Below are positions 36,856 through 48,430 of a stretch of 64,000 nt of DNA, one piece after another. Source of the stretch: Lama guanicoe. Taxonomy: Eukaryota. The position numbers and the translations under genes were made by a program. The DNA lies in the NCBI GenBank assembly GCA_013239625.1, contig MU053881.1, forward strand, positions 1,736,001-1,800,000. Reading direction: 5' to 3'. Below the pieces are notes generated by a model. That model was not told the DNA's origin. It made no database searches and saw only the letters and a list, made by a program, of their open reading frames with translations. Position 1 is the stretch's first letter. Each line of letters begins with the position of its first letter.

Positions 36856-39800
36856 TTAATAATTACACTGGGTGTCAGCACTTGAGGGGCCCCTGTCTGG
36901 TAGGGTTACAGAGGAAAATTCAGAGCAAGGACGCACCTCACCTTTTTGGGGACCTCAGGGGAGTCCTCATTGAGGAAGTGACTTTTGAGATGGTTCTTGA
37001 TGGATGGGAAGCATTTCGATGGAGGAAGGTCATCATGGAGCCAGAATCTGGCTGGAGAAGGCAGGGCACGGTCGGGTGAAGGCAGGCTTACGAGTGAGCC
37101 TGGTCATTGAGGTGGGAAAGGTCAATGGGAGAGATGGGGTACAGAAAGACCTCTTGAAATAGGCAGGAGCCTCTGAGGTATTGAGAGAGGGGAGTGTGAG
37201 AACCAAGCCAGGCAGAAAAGGTGAAGGATGTTCATGAGATGGTTTGAAAGAACTGACTTGTCTTAGCCAGAAATTCCACAAGTAGGAGAGGGAGGGGATG
37301 GATGATAAGTGCCAGGCCAATGTTCCTTCCCAGCACCAGGCTGCCAGAGGGAGGTGGGAGGGGAAGGGCAGTCAGTACTTTGGAACATCCCAGCAGGAGG
37401 GAAAGAAATCAGAAGATACCTGAAGCCCAGAGATATAAAAGACAGGCGGGAAGGGGAGAGGGACAGGATGGTCTCTGCTGAATGGAATTCCACCACGTTG
37501 CACACCAGAGAGGGTGGCTGCAGGTGAAAAGCTAGTGGAATCTTGGCCGCTGGGCACCAGCGCCAAAGTGGGTCAGCTGCAGAGCGCAGTGGGCGGGGGA
37601 AGAGGTAGAGAGCAGCCTGGCTCCGGCCCTCTAGCAGAGCTGTCATTCACAGAAACAGAGCTCGGGGCCCTGGCGTCCTCTAGCCCGGACCAGGCTACCT
37701 GTACCCCACCTCCTGCACAGGCTAGGAGCACCCCTACCAGCTCTCCCCAGAAGTTGGGGAGCTGGCCTGGCAGATGTTTCTTCCTGCCTGGCTTCTCTGA
37801 GCCCTTTGAGGTTGTCCCGGTCACCTGGTTGGGGAGTGTAAGGCAGAGGGGACCAGTGGCCCCAGGGGAGAGGCAGCGTCAGTTCTAATCCAGAAACTTC
37901 CTCCCCTTTCCATAGCCAGGCACCCTTATTTATGCATATTCACAAACTTAATACCTTCAGGCATAGACCACAGAGCATGACCTTGAACCCTTGGGTGCCC
38001 TCAGTCTCTGATGGAAAAACTGAGGTCCAGATAGGGGACACGACCTGTTCCCCCAAAATGTATCTCACAGTCGGTTCCTGGAAGCTGGAACTCCTGCTGC
38101 CTGGGAGTTCAACCACTCTCCTTCCCTCCACGCGGGCTGCCTCCTGTTCGCACTTCTGGCCCCTGGACCCTTAGCCTCCGACCTGCCTTACTGAGGCCTT
38201 TCAGAGTAGAAGGTGGGCGGGACAGGAGCCAGGCCTCTGCCTCCCTCCATGCGCTTGCCTGGACAGCATCGGAGAGGTCCGACTGGGCGGGGGCGGGGCT
38301 GCATGCAGGGAACTTTGCTTGCCTTCCTGGGCTTGCAGAGCAGACACCCCTGCCTGGGCCACCTGCCCCCAGACTTGGCATCCTTGTGGAGTTGGCTCAG
38401 GAGCCACACGGTTCCAATGCCAAGGGGCGAGGCACTTAGGGCGCGGGGCCAAGGGAAGGGAAAGAGGCTCTCTGGATGCACTCACTTCCTGAATAGGCTG
38501 GCCTCGGACAATTTCACTTCTTTTTCTGCACCTTGGTTTTCTCATCTCGAAAAAGGGATGATAATTTGGCCAAGAGGATTAAGTGAAGCACGTAAAAGCA
38601 CGTGCCCAGCATGGCACCTGGCAACTGTCGACATCTGTAACTGTTAGTTTTTCCTTCTTCTTCTCCTCGTGGGGAAGGTTTATCAGAAAGTCAAAATGCT
38701 TGCCACAGGGCCTGTCTTGTAGAGGCTGGGAAGGCTTCGGACCCCCAGCATGCACTTACATTTTCTTGGGTCTGCCTCCCTGGGCTGGGTGGTTCCTGCA
38801 TGCATGCAACTTGCGAGTGGCCAGGATTGTAAAATCCTGGAGCTACCCTGGGGACTCGGAAAGCTCCCCTACTCTCTGGCTGCCACCTCTGGCCTCATCA
38901 CCTTTCTCCTTGATTGTTGCAGCAGCCTGCCTGGGCTCCCTACTGCCTGGCCCTGGCCTCTGCCTCCGAGGGTGCTTTCCAGCCCACACATTCAGTCCCT
39001 GCTCTCCTCTGCTTGAGAGGTGGTGGCACCCCGTCTTCAGGACTGGTCCCGCAGCTCCTTCGGGCCCAGCACTGGCCCCTGCCTCACGCATCTCCACGCT
39101 GGGGGCTGTCTCAGCGTCCTCACCTGAACGGCTTGTTGTTGGGAGAATCCATTAAGGGCACCCGCTCTGCCCAAGGCCTCTCCTCCCACCTCCAAGGCAA
39201 AACTGCTGCCCCCATCACTGGTGCTGCATGTGATGCAATGTGTGAGCATTTTGGGGTCACCTGGCTGTCATCCCCAGGAGACAATGGGTCCTAAGCCCCC
39301 CCGTGTACATCCTCCAGTGCCCCCAGACTTGGCATCCTTGTGGAGTTGGCTCAGGAGCCACACGGCCCAGATGCCAAGGGGCGAGGCACTTTGGGTGTGG
39401 GGTGAGGCACTTAGGGTGGCCAGGGGAAGGGAAAGAAGCTGTCTGGATGAACTCACTTCCTGAATCGGCTGGCCTCAGACAATTTTAAGGTCAACTATCA
39501 GGTTTGGGAAGTCTCCCCAAACCTGACAGTTGACCATACTCAGCTCCAACCCACCATCTGCAAAACAGCCGTTTCATGACTTTTTCCTAACCAGGAGGAT
39601 GAGGGTGAAGAAAGGCAGCCTTGGCTCTAAGCCCCAGTCTGTGACTTCCTGGCGGCCTTTCTGAGCCTCAGCTTCTTCATTTGTAAACCTGAGAATCATG
39701 TCACGGGTGAAATGGCTTAACCCACGCGAAGGAACCAGTGGGGATATGGCAAAGGAACCCATGCGGCACCAATGGGGATGTGGCAGCTGTGTGTCCCCCG

Positions 39801-40654
39801 CCCGCTCTTCACTCCTTGCCCTCCTTTGTCCTCTCTCGTCCCCTGGGGCCAGGCCCTAGCCCGAATGAGGAGGGAGAAGAGCTGGGCATTCTGGGAGAGG
39901 CAGCAACTGAGGATTTCAGACTAACAGGTAACTCCTGGTGCCCGCTCTAGCCCCTGCCAGCTCCTCCAAGATGGTTCGAAACCTGAGAGCGTCACTGCCA
40001 GGGCATTGTGGCTGTTGGGATGGAGGCAGGAGGACCCTGCTCCCACGCCCAGGGTGCCGTGCCCCACACCCTGGGGTGAAAGTGGACTCCTGGGAACTGG
40101 ACTGCCCTCCTTGAGTCACACGTGCTGGGATAGCCGTAGGTCACCTGCCCCCCTTCCCCTGGTGATGGTGACCCGGGGCAGCCTCAGGCCACAGGTGGGG
40201 GTGGCAGCTGAGAGCTGCCAGGACTTGCTCCGGTGCCTGCCCTGGAGCAGAGAGCTCAGATCTGCAGGAGCCAGCCAGGACTGCGGTGTGAAAGCCACCC
40301 GGAAGCCCCGGCTGCCTGGCCAGCCCAGTGGCCCCACAGCCAGGCCCAGGCCCAGCTGCCGCCCAGGGTGGTAATAGGAACTTGGAGACCTGGGCTCCAG
40401 TCCCTTGGTGACAGAGCAAGATGAAAGAGTTGTGGAGATCGGGTGCCCAGTGTCAACGTGCCTCATACCAAACTGCACGCTTGAAGCTGATTAAGATGGT
40501 AAACTGTGCGATACGTGTATTCTACCACAGTTAGAAATGTTTTTAAAGAAAAAGACACTGAAGTGAGCTTGGATTCTCATAATCCATTGTTAGCTAAAAG
40601 GAGCAGCAGTGGGGCAGCCATTTTTTAAACAAAGCCTTTACGTAGATTACTTTT

Positions 40655-40892
40655 TTTTTAATTGAGTTATAGTCAGTTTGCAATGTTGTGTCGATTTCCA
40701 GTGTAGAGCACGATTTTTCAGTCATACATGAACATACATATATTCATTGTTGCATCCTTTTTCGCCATGAGCTACCACAAGATCGTGTATACATTTCCCT
40801 GTGCTACACAGTATAATTGTATTTATCTATTCTACATATGCCTGTCAGTATCTACAAATTTCGAACTCCCAGTCTGTCCCTTCCCACCCTGC
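40655..40892 (-). mobile_element. short L1 3' end with TSD
   Basis: poly-T start; flanking duplication tacgtagattactttt / tacatagattactttt (one mismatch). Confidence 0.7.
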
Positions 40893-43007
40893 TACATAGA
40901 TTACTTTTAAAGCTGAATTAGGGAAATTTCCAAATATGCACAAAGGTAGAGAGAAGAGAATAAAAGCCCTCCCAGGTACCCATCACTTAACTTTATGATT
41001 TTGTTCTCTGTCCCCCAACGTCCCAGTCCCTCCCCCGCTCCTGGATTCTTTTAAAGCAAATTGATGGATGAACATTATGATAGCTCATCCGTCAGTATCT
41101 CAGTGTAAACAAGCATTTTAAATTGTAACATGCATTTATTTCAGGGCGGGTGATTTTACAGGTATGAGGGTTTGGACCACTCAGGGTCTGCCAGGCAGGG
41201 GCCCTCCTCTGCTTTGTCTTCCACCAGGGGCAGAGCCACCTGCCCCCTGACACCCTCTCCTGAGAGGGAATGAGGAAGCTCCTTCCTCTCTCTTCCCCTT
41301 AAGGGAGGGCCAGGAGGAGAAATCTGGGGCTCACCCATGGGACTCCTGCCTGTGTGGAAAAGATGCTCACATGCTGAAGTGCGGGCCTCAGGGCCAAAAG
41401 AGGGCGCTTCCCAGGGCGTGTGGGAGCCACAGAAGTGACCATTAGGTCCTGGTCCTGGGTCTCAGCTACCTGGCCACCCACGCACCCCCTCACTTACATG
41501 CCCACCCAGCGGGCGCCTCACCCGTCCTCCCATCTGTCCATGCGCTGCCCTGGGCCCTGGTACGTGAAACACCGAGGGCCTTGGAAGTCTGGAAATCAAA
41601 GCCCTTGTTCCCCTGTGTCTTCTGCCCAGGCAGAGGTTTCCCCGGGCCCCTGCTCTATTCCCCTTTCTCAGCCCACTGTGTAGATGCGCCCGACACAGAC
41701 TGCCTATCTGACCTCCATCCCCAACCCATGGCAGGCTCGACTCACAGAGCCACGGGACAGCTGCCGCCTGTATCCAAACATTCATCAGCCCCACCCAGGA
41801 GAGCCAGACAGGCTGGCACACACCCTCACCCGGCTGGCACGCCCCCACCCCACCCTCCGACCAAACCTCCCCGGCAGCTGCTCCCTCTCCCACTTGCTCC
41901 ACCTCCTCTGAGATCCAGGCCACGCACAGGTCATCACGCCGTCCTCAAGGTCCTCCAAGCATGAGCTGGTCACACGCCTGGCAGGTCTGATCGTGGGGCG
42001 GGCACAGGATTGTGTGTGTGGTGTGGGCATCAGAGAGGTCAGGTCCTGGACCAGCCTCTGACCCTGCATACAGCTGTCAGCCCTGGGGGGCTTTCCAGGC
42101 TGATGGTGGGACAAAGACCACCCCTTGTCCCTGGGTTAGTTTGCCCAGAGGAGCCGGTGGGAGCATCACACAAACCTACTGGACAGTGTGTTGCAGGTCG
42201 ATGCAGATACTGAGATGCAGTTAGGAGTCCGTGAGTTTATTGGGCGAACATCTATGAAAGAAAAGGGAAGGGAGCAGGGTTGGGCAGGGGGCGCCACCAG
42301 GGGATACAGACCCCAAAGGCTTTGCCCAGTGTGGAGCTCCAGGTCTGCCTGCCAGCTGGAGGACCCTTCATCCCTTAAGGTATAAGGTCCTTACACCACC
42401 ACCTTGGTGGCCCCGGAGAAGAGTGTGACCTCCATCTGAAAGCTGAGATGGACCCAGGAGATGCTACCAGCTGGGCACTGTCATCCAGCCACACTCTTTG
42501 CAGCTGGGCAGTGAGTCCTTCCTTGCAAGGGCATATCACCTTGTCCTACCCAGGCGCATCAGGTCAGGCGGTGTGGCTGGGAGCCCTGGGCTGCAGGCAC
42601 CAAACCCTCAGCACAGAAGCAGGCTGCTGGTGGGATCAGGGTCTCCTAGACTCCGTCTCCCCCCAGGAGGTGTGAGGTGTGGCTGCATGTGTGTGTGAAC
42701 AGCTGGATGAACTTACTCTTCAAGAGTTGGGTTTTACATTCTTAGAAACAATGAACAGAACATAAATGTAAGTTTTTTAAAATATGTGCAGTATATTGTG
42801 TATATGTATTTACATGCAATATAATGTATATGTGCAGTCAAATTATAACAATTCTACCTAATAAACCTGAAAACTGAAAAAGAAAAAAGAAAAAAAAAAA
42901 AAGACTAGGGTTTTAGGGCAATTCTGGAACTTGGCATCAGGCGACCTGCATACAGCTAATAGTTGTATGACCTTTAACCTGCTCTAGACCTTAATTTCCT
43001 TATTTGT

Positions 43008-43160
43008 TGTTTGTTTGTTTGAGTTTTTTTGTTGTTTTTGGGGGGAATGGTAATTAGGCTTACTTATTTATTCATTTATTTTAACGGAGGTGCTGGAGAT
43101 TGAACCCAGGACCTCATGCATGCTAGCCATGTGCTCTAGCACTGAGCTGTACCCTCCCCC
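43008..43160 (-). mobile_element. tRNA-derived SINE (Vic-1-like)
   Basis: 18-bp TSD cttaatttccttatttgt at 42990-43007 and 43161-43178. Confidence 0.85.
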
Positions 43161-43711
43161 CTTAATTTCCTTATTTGTAAAATAAGGGTGATGAAGCCTG
43201 TTGTCCAACTTAAACGTGGTAACATCTCCGAAAACCTAGTGTGGAATAAAATCACATGTCTGACGTGATCTTAGTTATGTGGAGCATAAAACAACACCCG
43301 TGCAGGACAAGGGACGGGCAGAAAATATGCCAGAAAAGTTAACCGTCAGTGCCTTTTTTTGGAGTGATTTTTTTTTTTTGAGATTTAATTTTGAAAGAGT
43401 TTTAACCTTAGAGAAAAGTTACTAAAATAGTAGAGTTTGCTTATACCCTTGACTCAGCCTCCGCCCATGTTAACATCAAACATAACTAGATACAGTGATG
43501 ACAACCGAGAAGTTAACAGCAGTTCAGTGCTATGAGTTGCAGGCTCCGTCTGGATTCAACCAGTTTTTCTGCTGACGCCCCAGACTTGATTATTGTTCTT
43601 TCATACAGCCAGTCTTCAGCTGGATTGACCCACATATTTACCATGATTTTTGTCCTTCATTCCTCCCTGCTTCCATGATCTGCCATCTCAGATCATTTTC
43701 CTTCTCTCTGC

Positions 43712-43958
43712 AAAAAATTCCAGGAAGTTCCAAAAGCAAAACTTGAATTTGCTGTGTGCCCTGCTAACTATTTACTTAGCATTTACATTGTATTAAATAC
43801 CACAGTGATCTAGAGATGCTTTGAAGTACACAGGAGAGTGTGTATAGGTTATATGCAAATACTACACCATTTTACACTAGGGTCTTGAGCATCCTCGGAT
43901 ACTGGTATCCACGGGGGCCCCCGGAACCCATCCCTTGCAGATACCGAGGGATGATTGT
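43712..43958. mobile_element. MER2-like (Tigger family) DNA transposon fragment
   Basis: gttccaaaagcaaaacttgaatttgc...ggttatatgcaaatactacaccatttta...gataccgaggga. Confidence 0.7.
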
Positions 43959-46284
43959 AATTGGGAACAATAATACTGTCTACCACACTGTGGTTCCTTT
44001 GAAGAGTTCTGTAGCATGTTGGGTCCACCCAGGAAAATATAAATTATGCTAGTTTTTTCAAACAAAGGGGATATAATACACAAGATGGATTATTTACACA
44101 GATCTTTGAAGGCTGCAAGAGCAAAAGAGGATGCTGATTTTAGTGGTATTAGTAATTACAGGAAGCAGCTGCCACCCCTTGGCCTGGGAGGATAAAAGGG
44201 AAGAGGTCAGGGTTAGCAGGACCTGGGGGCTTGGAGGAGGACCTGCAGCTGGGGCTCCAACCACAAGAAGGACCCTGCTGGCTTGGACTATTACCTGTGA
44301 GAGGGGCTTGGTGTGGCTGGTGCTGGAAGCGCTGAAAGGAGCTGGAGGCTCCTGAAGTGAAGCCAACAGGAAGGAATCCCCTTCTGCCAGATGCTAATCT
44401 CCCTTCAGTGCCTCCCACTGTTGGAACCAAACAGGAAGTCGGCTGGCCAGGGGCCTGGGAAATGTGGTTTTCAGACCCTGGTCCCAGCATCTCATAGCAG
44501 GTTACAGAAGGGTGGGCTGAGACCTGAGAGACAAGAGGTGAATAACCAGCTTTACTATTACCTATTTTCCTCTGGGTGATTTTACTGTTTTTCTCTTTGT
44601 CTTTGATTTTCTACATTTTCACCATAATGGGTCAAGACATGGATATCTTTTTATTTATTCTGCTTAGGATCCTTTTGAGTTCTTAAATCTGCAGATTGAT
44701 ATCTTCCGTCCACTCTGGAATATTCTCAGCCATCATCTTTTAAAATATCGCCTCTGCTCTGGTCTGTCTTCTGTCCTTCTGGAACTGCACTTAGACACGT
44801 GTAAGATCTTACTGTAACTTCCATGCCTGTAACCTTTCCTTGTGTATTTTCTACCCTTTGTCTTTCCATACTTCTTCCTGGTTCATTTCCTGACCAGCCT
44901 TCCAGTTCTCTGATTCATTCTTCAGCCATGTCAAATCTGCTGTTAAAACCCTTCCACTGAGTTTATAATTTGAGTTTTGGATTTTGTTTCTATTTATTCT
45001 GTTTTTGCGTGTGCTATATAATTTTATAGAGTCTCCAGTTCCCTGCTGAAAATTTCAATCTTAGTATTTAATTTCTTGAACATAGTAAGTGTAAATTTGT
45101 TTTACAGCCTGGAGTTCCTCCAGCTCTGTTTCTGTCGACTATTATTCCCAATGGTTGTTTGCTCAGAGAATCTTGCTTCCTGCTGTGTCACGTTATCTTT
45201 GTGTGTTGAATATTGTGTTTGAGAAACTCTCTATTTGTAGAGATCATTTGAAATAGGGTGATTTTGTCATTCACCTAGGAGAATTTTTTATTGCTTTTGT
45301 CAGGTGCCTGGAGGGATTAGCAAACTGAGATCATGTTAGTTCATACTTAGGGCATGATGTTTTCTGGGGCACCTGGATGACTCAGAGCTTGACTGCCATT
45401 CAGGGAAGGGCTGGTTTGCTTTCGGTTCACCTTTACTTCTGGGGTGCAGTCCTTTGGGACTGAGCCCAGTGTCAAGCTGGTTTATCAGTCCCTCACCCTT
45501 GGGAGGCCCCTGACTCTGATTTTTGTCTCCAGCCATTCAAGGCCGCTAGGACTGAGCTTGGCTTCTTAGCCACTTCTCTCCAGCTGGCAAAGCTTCTGGG
45601 GCAACCATCACCAAGTATCAGGGTCACCTGTTTAGAATCCTGGACCTTGACACAGCAATCCCTCATTATCTTTTTAGCTCTTTGATGCTTTTAAGAATGT
45701 GTGTGTGCATGTGTGTGTGTGTTTTATAAACATTTAACCAGTTCTTTTAGCTGTCTTCAGCAGGAAGTTTTGTCCAATATACCTAGCCTGCCTTTACTAG
45801 AAGAAAGGTCCTGATTTGCTTTTTAAACTCTCAAACTATCAGTGTGGAGGATGGATCAGAGGGTACAGGACTGGTTTGGCGGAGCCCAGTTACGTTAATC
45901 CACGTGGAAGATGCTTGGGTGCACTGGAGGTAGAGCTGGAAAGAGGCCAGGTTTTGAGAGCTGCTCTGCATGTTGAGATGATGGGCTTGGTTTTTTATAG
46001 TGTTTGGGGGATGAGGAAGGTGAGGGTAGAGGATGCTTCCAGTACTTGGCATGAGTAATCGAATGGGTGAGAGTCCCAGTCTCAGACACAGGTGTCTGAG
46101 AGGAAAAACAATTTGGGGAGAGAAGATGAGCAGGCTGGCTTTGGGTATACATGTTTGATGAGGCTTTGTGATGGCCAAGAGAGAATGTTCCGTGGGCAGT
46201 TATATATTTTTGCCTGGAGTTCATGCAGGGATACATAAAATTGTGAGCCTTCAACAGGGAGGGGGCACTTTGGCCCTGTAGCTT

Positions 46285-46755
46285 TCTTTTTTTTTTTTAA
46301 ATTGAGGTATAGTTGATTTACAATGTTGTGTTAGTTTCAGGTGTACAGCAAAGTGATTCAGTTATATGTGAATATATGTATATATACATTTTTTTCTTTT
46401 TCAGATCCTTTTCCATTATAGGTTATTTCAAGAAATTGAATTTAGTTCCCAGTAGGTCCATGTTGTTTATCTATTTTATATATAGTAGTATCTATTTCAT
46501 ACATAGTATCTATCTGTTAATCCTAAACTCTTTTATTTTTTACTTTTTTATTTTTTTAACATAAATTTTATTGTTGAGCTTTGATGTTATATCCCAAACT
46601 CTTAATTTATTCCCTCCTACTCCTGCTCTCCCCTCTGGTAACCATAAATTGTTTTCTATGTCTGTGAATCTGCTTCTGTTTTGTAAATAAGTTCATTTAT
46701 ATAATTTTTTTAAGATTCCTCACATAAGGGCTATTATAAGACATTTGTCTTTCTC
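46285..46755 (-). mobile_element. L1 3' end fragment
   Basis: poly-T then aattgaggtatagttgatttacaatgttgtgttagtttcaggtgtacagc. Confidence 0.75.
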
Positions 46756-47469
46756 AACCCTGCGGTTTTCTTGAATGGAAATATTTTAATTAGACTTTTT
46801 GCTAATACTGATGATTTTTTCTTGGGTCAGTAAAACATTTCTTGAATAAACTGCATTAAAGTGAGTTAATTTAATAATAAAAAAATTAAATACAGCACAG
46901 TCAAACCATTTCTCTTTTTTTTTGCATTTAAATTTTATTTTGCCAAAGTTGTTTTCATGGAAATCATTGCTGTTCAATCTAACTTTATTCAATCTAATTT
47001 TAAAATAAAATCAATTTCTTCATCAGTCAGTTTGCGTTTCCTTTTGCAGCTACTATTTCTATTAAGTCCAATCTCCTGGATCAGGTTTTGCAGATCTGAG
47101 TTATGTCAGAAAGATTTGATTTTCCTGACATTTTACAGTCAGTCATAAATTTTGCTGTGTGCAGGTATAGCTGTTGTCAGTTTTACTTGGTGGCGTTGGA
47201 TGGAAGAATGATAGTTTGTCTCCATTTCTTAGGAAATCCAGGAGAAATTTTTGAACAGTTTTGTGATCAGGACAGAAATGGAGAAGAAGAGAATAGAAGA
47301 GTTGAGGAATACCAGGAAATTGGGAGAAAGGGAAAGAAGACTGGAAAAAAGAGCAAAGAAAGAGGGAAAGGGGGAGGAAGGGAGAGATGGAGGATTTGAG
47401 GGGGCAGGGCAGGAGAGGACGCAGGGTACAGCAGGTCAGAACAGCCCTGGAGTTTAAATAGGCAGGGAG

Positions 47470-47582
47470 AGGGGGAGGTTATAGCTCAGTGGTGTGCCTA
47501 GCCTGCACAAGGTCCTTGGTTCAATTTTCATTCCTTTCACACACACACACACACACAAATCTAATTACCCCCCCCAAAAAAA
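47470..47582 (+). mobile_element. degenerate tRNA-derived SINE with (CA)n
   Basis: ggggaggttatagctcagtggt...aatctaattacccccccc. Confidence 0.65.
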
Positions 47583-48272
47583 TGCTTAAAGGCAGGGTAA
47601 AAAAAAATTGCCCTGCTGTCACCCTCAGCATACAGATGTTGCTGAAGCCTTGGATGAGGAGATTCTCTGGCGAGAGAACAGGGCTCAAGGTCAAAGGATA
47701 GTGGGACTGCCAGATGGGAAGGCAGGTCAGTCAACGAGGATAAGGAGCCGGCAAGACCCGCAGACATGGAGGAGGAAACCTGGCGCCAAGTCCTGCTTGC
47801 CCTCCGGGTCCTGCAGGAGCAGGTCCAGCCAGTGGGTCTGGTGGACTCACGTGCGCAGGCGCTGCCGGCCACACAGTCGGCACCGGGAGGTAGCGTGATG
47901 CGGAGCCCTGCTTCCCTGACATGACCGAAGGCGGGTGGTGGGCAGTGCTCCCACCAGAGGCCCCAGAAAGGAGGGGGCGCTGCTGTTCCTCCTCATCTCC
48001 AGGGGTCCCAGGTCTCCTCCACCCTGCTGGACCGGAGCATGAAGCAAGGAGGCAGGGGTGCGGGCGCCTGGGAGTCTGCTGGCTCTTTTATCCAGGATGA
48101 TGGCGCAAGTCTGGTTTATAGGGCCGAGCTGCCCTCACCAGTCCCACCAGGCAGGTACTACTGCCCTGCCGTGGGCCACGCTGGACGCGACACCGCGCAT
48201 GTGCAGCCCCCACTCCCCACGTGGTCAGGTCTCACGTGCTCTCAGCTCCACAGCCATAGGTCCCCTCTGTAA

Positions 48273-48430
48273 AGGCGGCCAGATTTAGCAAATAAAAATA
48301 CAGAACGCCTAGGCAAATTAGAACTTAAGGGAAACAATGGGGTTTTTTATACTACTTTTTAATACTAAAAAAGTAATTTGTTTATCTGAAATTCAGACTT
48401 AACTAGGGTTTCTGTATTTCGTAGCAACCT
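48273..48430. mobile_element. MER53-like palindromic hAT element
   Basis: gccagatttagcaaataaaaatacag...tctgaaattcagacttaact...gcaacct. Confidence 0.6.

Noticed and set aside
47608..47800. ORF-like stretch next to the orphan promoter
   Set aside because: It resembles an L2 remnant
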